This document shows positions 18,286 to 27,381 of a stretch of 64,000 nt of DNA, piece by piece. Position 1 is the stretch's first letter; each line of letters begins with the position of its first letter. The stretch spans positions 314,952 through 378,951 of the forward strand of contig CAVPRP010000011.1 in NCBI GenBank assembly GCA_963707825.1. Reading direction: 5' to 3'. Made by a program: the position numbers and the translations under genes. The notes below the pieces were generated by a model that was not told where the DNA came from, searched no databases, and worked only from the letters and a program-made list of their open reading frames with translations. The stretch comes from an uncultured Acidobacteriota bacterium (GTDB lineage Bacteria > Acidobacteriota > Vicinamibacteria > Vicinamibacterales > UBA2999).

Positions 18286-19587
18286 GTGGCCAGCGAGACA
18301 GCGCCGAACGACACGACGGATGCCAGGGGAGAGGGCGGGGACTACCGGTCCGCGCTCACGCTGCTGGCCAGCCTCTTCTTCATGTGGGGCTTCATCACGG
18401 TCATCAACAACACGCTCCTGCCACACCTGCGCAGCGTATTCGAACTCGACTACACCGACACCACCCTGATCGAATCGGTCTGGTTCATCGCCTATTTCGT
18501 CGCCTCGATCCCGTCGGCCAAGTTGATCGAGCGCGTCGGCTATCAGCGGTCGCTCGTGGCCGGGCTGGTGGTGATGGCGGCGGGGTCGGCGGGCATGATG
18601 CTGGCGGCCAGTCTGCCGTCGTACGGCGTGACGCTGGTGATGCTGTTCGCGATCGCCAGCGGCATCACGCTGCTGCAGGTCGCGGCCAACCCCTACGTGG
18701 CGGTGGTCGGCCGGCCCGAGACCGCGTCGTCGCGACTGAACCTGGTGCAGGCGATGAATTCGGCCGGGACCATGCTGGCGCCGCTCTTCGGCGCCTACCT
18801 GATCCTCGGACGGTCGAAGGGCGGCACCGCCGAGGCCGGCACGGTGCTGACGGCGGCCGAACGGCTGACCGACGCGCAATCGGTGGTGCTGCCATACGGG
18901 CTGGTCGCGGTCGTGCTCGTCGTGCTGGCGGTGGTCATCTCCCGGTACCCTCTGCCGGCCATGGGCGCGGCCTCCCGGCGCGCCGCCAAGGCAGAGCGGC
19001 GGCACCATTCGCTGTGGCGCCATCGCAACCTCGTGTTCGGCGTGCCCGCCATCTTCATCTATCTCATCGCGGAGATCGGCGTCGCCAACTTGTTCGTCAA
19101 CTTCGTGAGCCAGCCCGACATCGCCAACCTCACGCACGAGCAGGCCGGGCGCTACCTCACGTTCCTGTGGGGCGGCATGATGGTCGGCCGCTTCCTCGGC
19201 TCGGCACTCATGCAGCGCGTCCGTGCCGAAACGGTGCTGGCGGCCTTTTCGATCGGCGCGTTCATCGTGATGCTGGTCACGGTCACCACGACTGGCCCGC
19301 TGGCGATGTGGGCGCTCATCCTCGTCGGGTTCTTCCACTCGATCATGTTCCCGACCATCTTCACGCTCGGCATCAAGGGGCTCGGGCCGCTCACGGAAGA
19401 AGGATCGGGCCTGCTCATCATGGCCATCGCCGGCGGCGCCCTGGTGGTGGTGCAGGGCTGGCTGGCCGACCGCTATGGCCTGCAGCTGTCGTTCCTGCTC
19501 ACCGCGGCCTGCGAGCTCTATGTGCTCTTCTACGCCCTCTGGGGCGCCAAACCGACCGGCGCCGTGGCCGATGGACGCGCCGACTGA
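18286..19587 (+). CDS. FucP/GluP-type MFS sugar:H+ symporter (fucose/glucose/galactose family)
   Basis: LFFMWGFITVINNTLLPHL, LLQVAANPY and FHSIMFPTIF are typical of this family. GTG start. Confidence 0.85.
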   Translation: MASETAPNDTTDARGEGGDYRSALTLLASLFFMWGFITVINNTLLPHLRSVFELDYTDTTLIESVWFIAYFVASIPSAKLIERVGYQRSLVAGLVVMAAGSAGMMLAASLPSYGVTLVMLFAIASGITLLQVAANPYVAVVGRPETASSRLNLVQAMNSAGTMLAPLFGAYLILGRSKGGTAEAGTVLTAAERLTDAQSVVLPYGLVAVVLVVLAVVISRYPLPAMGAASRRAAKAERRHHSLWRHRNLVFGVPAIFIYLIAEIGVANLFVNFVSQPDIANLTHEQAGRYLTFLWGGMMVGRFLGSALMQRVRAETVLAAFSIGAFIVMLVTVTTTGPLAMWALILVGFFHSIMFPTIFTLGIKGLGPLTEEGSGLLIMAIAGGALVVVQGWLADRYGLQLSFLLTAACELYVLFYALWGAKPTGAVADGRAD

Positions 19588-19597
19588 GCGCGACCGA

Positions 19598-20389
19598 TCA
19601 GTCCACGTCGCCCAGCAGTTCGCTCGTGTCCGCGAGCGCCAGCTCCACGAGCGCACGCATCGCCTGGGTCGCGCCGGAAACGTCACGCGCAGCGATGGCG
19701 TCGAAGACGCGCACGTGATCCGGAATCGGGTTGCGCGGCAGCGCCCGTGACCGTTGCTTGTACTGCGTCGTCCAGTTCACGGCCGCGCCGATCCCGGCGC
19801 CCAGGGTCTGCAGCGCTTCGTTCCTGGTCGCGGCCAGGACGGCGAGGTGGAAGTCGCGGTCGGCCGCGCGCCCTTGCTCCGTCGCCAGGGTGTGACGGCG
19901 CATGCGCGCGAGCGAGTCCTTGAGCGATCGGAGGTCGGCCTGATCGCGCCGCTGCGCCGCGAGAGCGGCGGCGGCAGGTTCGACGATCGCGCGCAGCTCG
20001 AACAGGTCGCGGACCAACTGCGTGTCCGGCTCGCCGGCAAATGCCCACGCGAGCACCTCGGGATCGAGCAGGTTCCAGCGGTGGCGAGGCAGGACGCGCG
20101 TGCCCGCCTTGGTGCGGCTCTCGACCAGCCCCTTCGCGGTCAGCACCTGCACCGCCTCGCGATAGGCGCTGCGCGACACGTTCAGGGCTTCGGCGAACGC
20201 GACCTCACCCGAGAGCGTGGCGCCCGGGGCGTACTGGCCCGACACAATCGCCACGCCCAGTTTCCGGGCAATGGCGCCATGCAGCCGCCGTCCCGGCCCG
20301 CGCGAGTCGGCGGGCGCCGTCACGGCTCCGGGCGTCTTCGGTTGTCGCAGACTGCCGCTCGGCATGCGCCGACCTCCCTTGATCACCAA
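19598..20389 (-). CDS. GntR/FadR-family transcriptional regulator
   Basis: wHTH segment LSGEVAFAEALNVSRSAYREAVQVLTAKGLVESR plus an FCD domain. ATG 20365 is an alternative start. Confidence 0.85.
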   Translation of the reverse strand: MVIKGGRRMPSGSLRQPKTPGAVTAPADSRGPGRRLHGAIARKLGVAIVSGQYAPGATLSGEVAFAEALNVSRSAYREAVQVLTAKGLVESRTKAGTRVLPRHRWNLLDPEVLAWAFAGEPDTQLVRDLFELRAIVEPAAAALAAQRRDQADLRSLKDSLARMRRHTLATEQGRAADRDFHLAVLAATRNEALQTLGAGIGAAVNWTTQYKQRSRALPRNPIPDHVRVFDAIAARDVSGATQAMRALVELALADTSELLGDVD

Positions 20390-20478
20390 CCGGCCGACGA
20401 CCGTGTCACGTCATCGCCGCCGCTTGCGTCCCCTCGTATATTATGTCGGCGTAATCACGGTCCCCGCCGCGAGCCACC

Positions 20479-21426
20479 ATGTCCAATTCCCGCCCTGATG
20501 CCCCCGTCCGGATTGCGGTGGTGGGCCTGGGCAAAGTGGCCCGCGACCAGCACCTGCCGGCGCTCCTGGCCGATGGCCGGTTCGCGCTGGTCGCCACGGT
20601 CAGCCCCGAGGCCGGCGGGGTCGAGGGCGTCGCGCATTTCGCGAGCCTCGAGGCCGTGCTCGAACGCGGTCCGGTGCTCGATGCGGTGGCGCTCTGCACG
20701 CCGCCACAGGTGCGTCACGGCCTGGCCGCTCGAGCCATCGCGGCCGGCCTCCACGTGCTGCTCGAGAAGCCGCCGGGGGCCACGCTGGCGGAGGTCGAGG
20801 GGCTGAGGTCCCAGGCCGCTCGCGCCGGCACGACCGTCTTCGCCGCCTGGCACTCACGCTTCGCGTCGGGCGTGGCTCCGGCCCGCGAGTGGTTGACCGG
20901 CCGCGCCGTGCGCAGCGTCGCGATCGTCTGGCGCGAAGACGTTCGCACCTGGCACCCGGGTCAGGACTGGATCTGGGAACCGGGCGGCCTGGGCGTGTTC
21001 GATCCAGGCATCAACGCGCTGTCCATGGCGACCGCCATCCTGCCGAGCCCGATCGTCGTCGCAGCGGCGAGACTCGTCGTCCCCGCGAATCGTGCGGCGC
21101 CGATCGCCGCCGAGCTCGGGCTGCGCGGCGCTGACGGCATCCCGATCACGATGGATCTCGACTGGCGGCAGACCGGACCACAGACGTGGGACATCAGCGT
21201 GGAGACTGACGAGGGCCGGCTCCTGCTGGCGCGGGGCGGCGCCAGTCTGTCGCTGCCGCACGGCGCGACGGCGCACTTCGAGGACCACGAGTATCCGCAG
21301 CTCTACGCCAGGTTCCACGAGCTGATCCGGCGCGGCGACAGCGATGTCGACATCGCGCCGTTCCGGCTGGTGGCCGATGCGTTCCTGCTCGGCCGGCGCG
21401 AAGCGACGGAGGCGTTCGTCGACTGA
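20479..21426 (+). CDS. Gfo/Idh/MocA-family L-arabinose 1-dehydrogenase / D-galactose 1-dehydrogenase
   Basis: GLGKVARDQHLPAL, LEKPPGATLAEVE, WHSRFASGVAPAREWL and WHPGQDWIWEPGGLGVFDPGINALS closely match the Azospirillum L-arabinose 1-dehydrogenase as I recall it. Confidence 0.85.
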   Translation: MSNSRPDAPVRIAVVGLGKVARDQHLPALLADGRFALVATVSPEAGGVEGVAHFASLEAVLERGPVLDAVALCTPPQVRHGLAARAIAAGLHVLLEKPPGATLAEVEGLRSQAARAGTTVFAAWHSRFASGVAPAREWLTGRAVRSVAIVWREDVRTWHPGQDWIWEPGGLGVFDPGINALSMATAILPSPIVVAAARLVVPANRAAPIAAELGLRGADGIPITMDLDWRQTGPQTWDISVETDEGRLLLARGGASLSLPHGATAHFEDHEYPQLYARFHELIRRGDSDVDIAPFRLVADAFLLGRREATEAFVD

Positions 21427-21462
21427 CGGCCGCTGGCTCGGGCCGTCCGGCCACCGGCGCCG

Positions 21463-23106
21463 TCAGAGCGCCACGTGCAACACCGAATAGGAGCGCGGCG
21501 GCAGCGTGAGCGTCATCCGGCTGCCGGGCGCCGGGGCGGCGAGCGGGTGCGGGATCACCCGCCGCGGCTCCTCGAAGGTGTTGAAGGCCTTCAGGTCCGG
21601 ACCGGTGAGCGTCTCGCACGTGAGCACCCGCGTCGGCGCGACGTCCGTCCATTCCAGCACCACCTCGCGTTCGGCATCGAGGTCGCGATTGAGCAACAGC
21701 ACGGCCGCCTGCCGGGCCGGCTCGTCGATGGTGGCGACGAGGTCGACAAACGGCACGACGCCGGTGCGGGCGAAGTCGGACTGCAGTCCGGTGCCGACGA
21801 TCGGATAGGTTTCCGACTCCACGCGAAGATCGAGCACCCGGCCGCGCGCGTAGCGGAGCGCCCAGGCATAGGGGTAATAGGTGCTCTGCCGCAGCACGGC
21901 GCGTTCATTGGTCACGAGCGGGGCGATGACGTTGACGAGCTGCGCCAGGCACGCCACCCGCACCCGATCCGAATTGCGCAGCAGCGTGTTGACGAAGCCG
22001 CCGACGAGCAGCGCGTCTTCGAGGTTGTAGACCTCTTCGAGCAGCCGCGGCGCGGCCGCGCGTTTGCCGTCGGTGGCCTGTTCGTCGCGGGCGCGGTACC
22101 ACACGTTCCATTCGTCGAACGACAGCCACAGGCGCTTGCTCGAGCGCTGCAGGCCCTGCACGTAGTCGCAGACCGCCGCCACTTCGTGGATGTGGCGGTC
22201 CATGTCGAGATTCATCGCCAGGTAGCGGGCGGTGCTGTTGCCCGACCAGCGCGCGGTGTTGCCGTAATAGGCGTGGAGCGAGAGACCGTCGACCTGGTCG
22301 TAGCACTCCTCGAGCACCTCGCGGTCCCACGCCAGATACCCCGGCATGAACGTCCCGCTCGACCCGCACGCGATCAACTGCAGGTCGTGATCGACGGTCC
22401 GCATCTGCTTGGCCGCATCGCGCGCCTTGCGGCCGTACTCTCGCGCCTGCAATTGCCCGATCTGCCACGGGCCGTCCATCTCGTTGCCGAGGCACCAGTA
22501 GCGCACATTGTGCGGGCGCTCGTAGCCGTGCGACCGCCGCAGGTCGCTCCAGCGGGTGCCGCGATCGAGGTTGCAATACTCGACGTAGGCCAGCGCCGTC
22601 TCGACACTGCCGGTACCGAAGTTCATGCCGAGCAGCGGCTCGGCGCCGACCACGGCGCACCACTCGATGAAGTCGTTGGTGCCGAACTGGTTCGACTCGA
22701 GTGAGTTCCACGCGCGATCGAGCACGGTTGGTCGCGCGGCCTTCGGACCGACCCCGTCGAGCCAGTTGTAGCCGGAGACGAAGTTGCCGCCCGGATAGCG
22801 GACGATCGGCACGCCGAGTTCTTTCACCTCGCGGGCCACATCGGTACGGAATCCCTTCGCGTCGGCCAGCGGCGACCCCGGCTGGTAGACGCCGGTGTAG
22901 ACGGCGCGGCCCAGGTGTTCGAGGAACGATCCCAGCACGCGCCGATCGAACTCGCCGCGCCCCGGGGCACGCCGCAGGAAAGCGCGGGCTGGCCCGCGAC
23001 TCTGGGCGTAACCAATCGTCTCGAGCCAGGAACCGCGGGCGGCCAGCGCGCCGACGCCGCCCAGGCCGGCGAGGAACGCGCGTCGCGTCGTCATCGTCGA
23101 TGTCAT
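21463..23106 (-). CDS. abfA: GH51 alpha-L-arabinofuranosidase with a Tat-type signal
   Basis: MTSTMTTRRAFLAGLGG twin-arginine motif. GGNFVSGYNW, CLGNEMDGPWQIG and SFDEWNVWY. ATGA overlap with the upstream gene. Confidence 0.9.
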   Translation of the reverse strand: MTSTMTTRRAFLAGLGGVGALAARGSWLETIGYAQSRGPARAFLRRAPGRGEFDRRVLGSFLEHLGRAVYTGVYQPGSPLADAKGFRTDVAREVKELGVPIVRYPGGNFVSGYNWLDGVGPKAARPTVLDRAWNSLESNQFGTNDFIEWCAVVGAEPLLGMNFGTGSVETALAYVEYCNLDRGTRWSDLRRSHGYERPHNVRYWCLGNEMDGPWQIGQLQAREYGRKARDAAKQMRTVDHDLQLIACGSSGTFMPGYLAWDREVLEECYDQVDGLSLHAYYGNTARWSGNSTARYLAMNLDMDRHIHEVAAVCDYVQGLQRSSKRLWLSFDEWNVWYRARDEQATDGKRAAAPRLLEEVYNLEDALLVGGFVNTLLRNSDRVRVACLAQLVNVIAPLVTNERAVLRQSTYYPYAWALRYARGRVLDLRVESETYPIVGTGLQSDFARTGVVPFVDLVATIDEPARQAAVLLLNRDLDAEREVVLEWTDVAPTRVLTCETLTGPDLKAFNTFEEPRRVIPHPLAAPAPGSRMTLTLPPRSYSVLHVAL

Positions 23107-24170
23107 CGAGTCACTCCTGGAGCGATCGTTCCCTGCGCCGGCGACGTGATCCGATACTCCGTGGTGGAGCGGAACACCTCCCCGGGGCGGAGCCACGTGG
23201 ATGGAAATGCCGGCTGATTCGGACTGTCGGGGTAGTGCTGGGTCTCGAGGCACAGCCCCGCGTGCTTCCGCGATGTGAGCGGGGCCGCTACCGGCAGCCC
23301 TTCGACCAGGTGATTGCCGGAGTAGAACTGGATGCCAGGCTCGGTGGTGCGGCACTGCAGACGGCGACCCGAGCCGGGGTCGAGCAGATCGGCAGCGACG
23401 GCCAGCGCGGAATCGCGATGAGGGCGATCGAGCACGAAGTTGTGGTCGTAGCCGCCGCCAGGCACGGACGCGAGGTCCGCGATCCGCTCGCCGATTCGAC
23501 GCGGGTGTCCGGTGAAGTCGAGCGGCGTCCCGCTCACCGGCGCGATCGCGCCCGTGGGGATCTGGGTCGCGTCAACCGGCGTATACCGGCCGGCGAACAA
23601 CTGGAGCTCGTGCGCGAGGATGTCGCCGCGGCCGGCAAGATTGAAGTAGCTGTGATTGGAAAGGTTGACGACCGTCGGCGCCGACGCCGTCGCGTGGTAG
23701 TCGATGCGCAGGGTGCCGTCGTCGGCCAGCGTGAACTGGGTGCTGACGTCGAGCGCCCCGGGATAGCCTTCGTCGCCGTCGGGGCTGTGCAAACGGAAGC
23801 GCACGCCGTCGTCGGTCGCGTGCCCCTGCCACAGGCGCTGGTCGAACCCGGCGATCCCGCCGTGCAGGTGATGCAGTCGGTCGTTGCAAGCCAGTTGCAC
23901 GACGCGATCGTCGAGCACGAAGCGTCCGTGCGCGATGCGGTTGGCGTACCGTCCAACCGTGCAGCCGAAGTACGGCGGACGTGCCAGATAGGGCGGCAGG
24001 GTGTCGTAGCCCAGCACCACGTTCACGGGCGAGGCTTCGGCGGCCGGCACCAGCCACCGCACGAGGGTGGCGCCCCACTCGATGAGCGTGACCTCCATCC
24101 CGCCGGTGTTCCGCAAGACGAAGGCCGCGACGGGCCGGCCGTCGGGCAGCCAGCCGAAGGGCGCGGTCAC
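23103..24170 (-). CDS. galM: Aldose 1-epimerase (mutarotase), cytoplasmic
   Basis: [26 protein letters not shown] and ETQHYPDSPN. GTGA overlap with the transporter stop. Confidence 0.85.
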   Translation of the reverse strand: MTAPFGWLPDGRPVAAFVLRNTGGMEVTLIEWGATLVRWLVPAAEASPVNVVLGYDTLPPYLARPPYFGCTVGRYANRIAHGRFVLDDRVVQLACNDRLHHLHGGIAGFDQRLWQGHATDDGVRFRLHSPDGDEGYPGALDVSTQFTLADDGTLRIDYHATASAPTVVNLSNHSYFNLAGRGDILAHELQLFAGRYTPVDATQIPTGAIAPVSGTPLDFTGHPRRIGERIADLASVPGGGYDHNFVLDRPHRDSALAVAADLLDPGSGRRLQCRTTEPGIQFYSGNHLVEGLPVAAPLTSRKHAGLCLETQHYPDSPNQPAFPSTWLRPGEVFRSTTEYRITSPAQGTIAPGVTR

Positions 24171-25562
24171 CCCGGCATCTCCTCGAGTTCCTTGCCCTTG
24201 GTTTCCACCAGGAACGCCTTCACGAGGAAGAAGGAGATGACCGCCGACACGGCGTAGAAGCTGTAGCTCACCGCCAGGCCGAGCGACGCCGCCATGATCG
24301 GAAAGCTCTGCGCAATCAGGTAATTCGAGAACCACTGCGCGAAGCCGCACACGGCCAGCGCCGAACCGCGAATCTGGTTCGGGAACATCTCGCCGAGCAT
24401 CACCCACATCACCGGGCCCCAACTGATGTTGAAGAAGATGACGTAGAGATTGGCGCTCACGAGCGCCACCGTGCCGAGCTGCGGTGACAGTCGCAGCGCG
24501 CCGTCCACCAGGTCGCCGTTCCCGAAGGCGTAGACCAGGCCGAACAGCGTGGCCGCCATCCCGGCCGACCCGATGAGGAGCAACGGCTTGCGGCCGATGC
24601 GGTCGACCAGCGCCACCGTGACGAAGCAGGCCAGGATCGACATCACTCCGGAGACGATGTTGATGATCAGCGCGTCGCCTTCGGTGAACCCAGCCAACTG
24701 CCACAGTGTGGCGCCGTAGTAGAAGATGACGTTGATGCCGACCAGTTGCTGGAACACCGCCAGCAGCAGGCCCGCCCATACGATCGGGCGCACGCCGCCG
24801 CGGACCGGATCGATCAGGTCGCGCAGGCGCGGGCGGTGCCCCTCGTTGAAGCTGGCGCGGATGGCTGTCGAGCCTGACGGCGGCCACCCGCTCGCCGAAC
24901 AGGGTTCGCAGCACGCCCGCGGCCGCCTCCAGTTGTCCCCTGGACACGAGATACCGCGGGCTCTCGGGAATGAACAGCAGCGCGACCAGGAAGATCGCCG
25001 CGGGCGCGGCCTGCATCAGATACATCCACCGCCACGCCTCGATGCCGCCCCAGAAGCTGTTGGTCGACGCTCCGGCGGCCTGCGCCAGCACGTAGTTGAC
25101 GACGAAGGCGGCGGTCAGGCCGGTGATGATCATGACTTGCTGCATCGTCGCGAGCCGGCCGCGGATCTCGGCCGGGGCCACCTCGGAGATGTAGGCAGGG
25201 GACAGCACGCTGGCGGCGCCGACGGCCATGCCGCCGCAGAATCGCGCCAGTACGAAGAGCCAGTGCGCATGCGCGAAGCCCTGCACGAGCGCGCCGGCGA
25301 GAAACGCCACGGCGGCCAGCATCATCACCTTCCGGCGGCCCAGGAGATCGGCCAGCCGTCCCGCGAGGAAGGCGCCGATGAAGCAGCCAATCAGCAGCGA
25401 GCCGACCGTGAAGCCCAGCCCGGCGTCGCTCAACGCGAAAGCCGTCTTCAATCCGTCCTGTGTGCCGTTCACGGCGCCGCTGTCGTAGCCGAACAGCAGT
25501 CCGCCGATGGTCGCCACGGCGACGATCATGGCGACCACGCCGCGGTTCCCCGTGTCTTCCAT
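24167..25562 (-). pseudogene. Sugar-porter MFS transporter (XylE/AraE/GalP type) with a 1-nt insertion near 24863-24866
   Basis: The N-terminal half (MEDTGNRGVV...GLLFGYDSGAVNG...PESPRYL) lies in the frame of ORF 23103-26150. The C-terminal half (ORF 24167-24793) carries PVMWVMLGEMFPNQIRG. The junction VRLDS|IRASFNEGHRP is restored by deleting one base. Confidence 0.85.
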
Positions 25563-25606
25563 CGCGGTTGTCTCCCTCTGCCGAATGGGCCGGAACTGCG
25601 GCCGGC

Positions 25607-26479
25607 TCAGATGCCATGCTGAATCTCCGCGCCGGCCAGGCCGCGCACCGGCGCCGGCCAGGCGAAGAGTCCGCCGGCCAGGGGCTGGCGAGTCAACGCG
25701 TCCGCGCTGAGCTTCTGCGCCGCCGTCGTCGCGAACAGCGTGCGCCGGTCGGCGCCTCCGAAGGCGAGCTTGGTGATGTTGGCGACGGGCAGGGCGACCG
25801 TGTCCATCAATAGACCTCCTGGCGAATAGCGCCGCGCGCACCAGCCGCCGTAGAGGCCGATCCAGACGCAGCCCTCCTCGTCCACCGTGGGACCATCCGG
25901 ATAGCCGGGACCGTCGTCCATGTTCGCAAACAGACGCGCGCCGTCCACATGGCCCTGGGCGTCGACGCCGTAGGTCCAGACCTTGCGGTCGAGCGTATCG
26001 ACGAAGTAGCCGGTGCGGCCGTCGGGACTGAACGCCGGTCCGTTGGTGATCGGGCACCGGAACGCGCGCGCGCGGACTTGCCCGTCGTCGTCCAGCCGGT
26101 AGAAGGTGCCGCTCGCCGACTGCTCGGCGTCGTCCATCGAACCGAACCACAGATATCCGCGCGGATCGACGATGCCGTCGTTCAGCCGGTTGCCGGGCAC
26201 ACCCGTCTCGACCGGCACCAGCAGTTCGAACGTCTCAGTGTCCGGGTCGAAGCGGTAGAGGCCGCCCTGCACTCCGGCGATGAACTTGCCGTCGGCGCTC
26301 GGCAGCAGGAACCCGCACTGGCCCGGAGCCGCGACGCTGGTCTTGCTGTCGGTGGCGGGGTCGTATCGGTGCAACCGGTGGCGCTTGATGTCGACGAACC
26401 ACAGGGCGTCGTCGCGCGCGATCCACACCGGACCTTCGCCCAGCGACGCGTGGAGATCCCAGCGGCACTCGACCGTCAC
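25607..26479 (-). CDS. SMP-30/gluconolactonase/LRE-family lactonase
   Basis: GTG start overlaps the SDR stop (GTGA). LGEGPVW, NRLNDGIVDPRGYLWFG, NGPAFSPDG and YPDGPTVDEEGCVW. Confidence 0.8.
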   Translation of the reverse strand: MTVECRWDLHASLGEGPVWIARDDALWFVDIKRHRLHRYDPATDSKTSVAAPGQCGFLLPSADGKFIAGVQGGLYRFDPDTETFELLVPVETGVPGNRLNDGIVDPRGYLWFGSMDDAEQSASGTFYRLDDDGQVRARAFRCPITNGPAFSPDGRTGYFVDTLDRKVWTYGVDAQGHVDGARLFANMDDGPGYPDGPTVDEEGCVWIGLYGGWCARRYSPGGLLMDTVALPVANITKLAFGGADRRTLFATTAAQKLSADALTRQPLAGGLFAWPAPVRGLAGAEIQHGI

Positions 26480-27274
26480 CGCCAGCCTGCGTCCACGAAG
26501 TAGTTGTGGCCCGTGCACAGCCGGGCGTCGTCGGATGCCAGGAACAGCGTCATCGCCGCCACATCCTGCGGCAGGACCCGATCCTTCAGGCACTGCTGGG
26601 CCACCATGCGCGCTTCCTCGGCCTGGTCGTGCCAGAGCGCCACCTGGCGCGGCGTGCGGACGCCGCCGGGCACGACGCAGGTGACGCGGATGCCGTCGCC
26701 GCCGAGGTCGCGCGCCAGCGCGCGCGTCAGGCCCTCGATGCCGGCCTTGCGCGGTCTGGTAGACGGCGATCTCGGGCAGCGCGAGGTGCCAGGAGATCGA
26801 GCCGACGTTGACGACCACGCCCTTGCCGGCGGCCTTCATCGACGGCAGCACCGACTGGGCACAGAAGAAGTAGTGCCGCAGATTCACGGCCAGCCGCGCA
26901 TCCCAGTATTCGCGCGTGATGTCGGCCACGCGGTGGCGGTCGTCGTTGGCGGCGTTGTTGACCAGGATGTCCATGCCGCCCCAGTCCTCGCACAGGCCGG
27001 CAATCGCCGCCTGCGTGCCCTCGATGTCGGTGAGGTCTTGATGGATGAAGCGCACCGCGTGCGGGCTGGGGGCGAGACGCGAGAGCAGGGCCTGAGAGGG
27101 ATCGGCCTGGATGTCGATGAACGCCACGCGCGCGCCTTGCGCGGCGAACGCCTCGACGATGAACTCGCCGATGCCGGTGCCGCCGCCGGTAATCAACACG
27201 CGCTTGTCGCGCAGCGACGGGTAGCGCGCGCTCCAGCGGGCATCCGCGGAGAGCCTCGAGTCAGCGTCCGCCAT
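26476..27274 (-). pseudogene. SDR-family dehydrogenase with a 1-nt insertion near 26748-26752
   Basis: N-terminus ITGGGTGIG...NNAAN...VYQT, then a frame switch to AKAGIEGLTRALARDLGGDGIRV...LFLASDDARLCTGHNYFVDAGWR (ORF 26476-26673). Confidence 0.8.
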
Positions 27275-27381
27275 AGTCCAGCGTCCTCATCATTGGTCCT
27301 TGCTTCAGTAGCGGGCACATGATAATCGATTGTCGCTTGCCGCCACCCTGACCGTTCAACGGGTCGGCGACCTTGGACGGG

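Noticed and set aside
23103-26150. Very large ORFs that look like multidomain fusion proteins: 23103-26150 (1015 aa), 46141-49551 (1136 aa), 41909-44449 (846 aa), 25607-27274 (555 aa), 30023-32596 (857 aa) and 14974-17046 (690 aa).
   Set aside because: Each is a read-through chimera. Recognisable protein sequence occupies only parts of the ORF. The rest is out-of-frame junk created by a frameshift in, or an overlap with, a neighbouring gene. I split them into their component genes.
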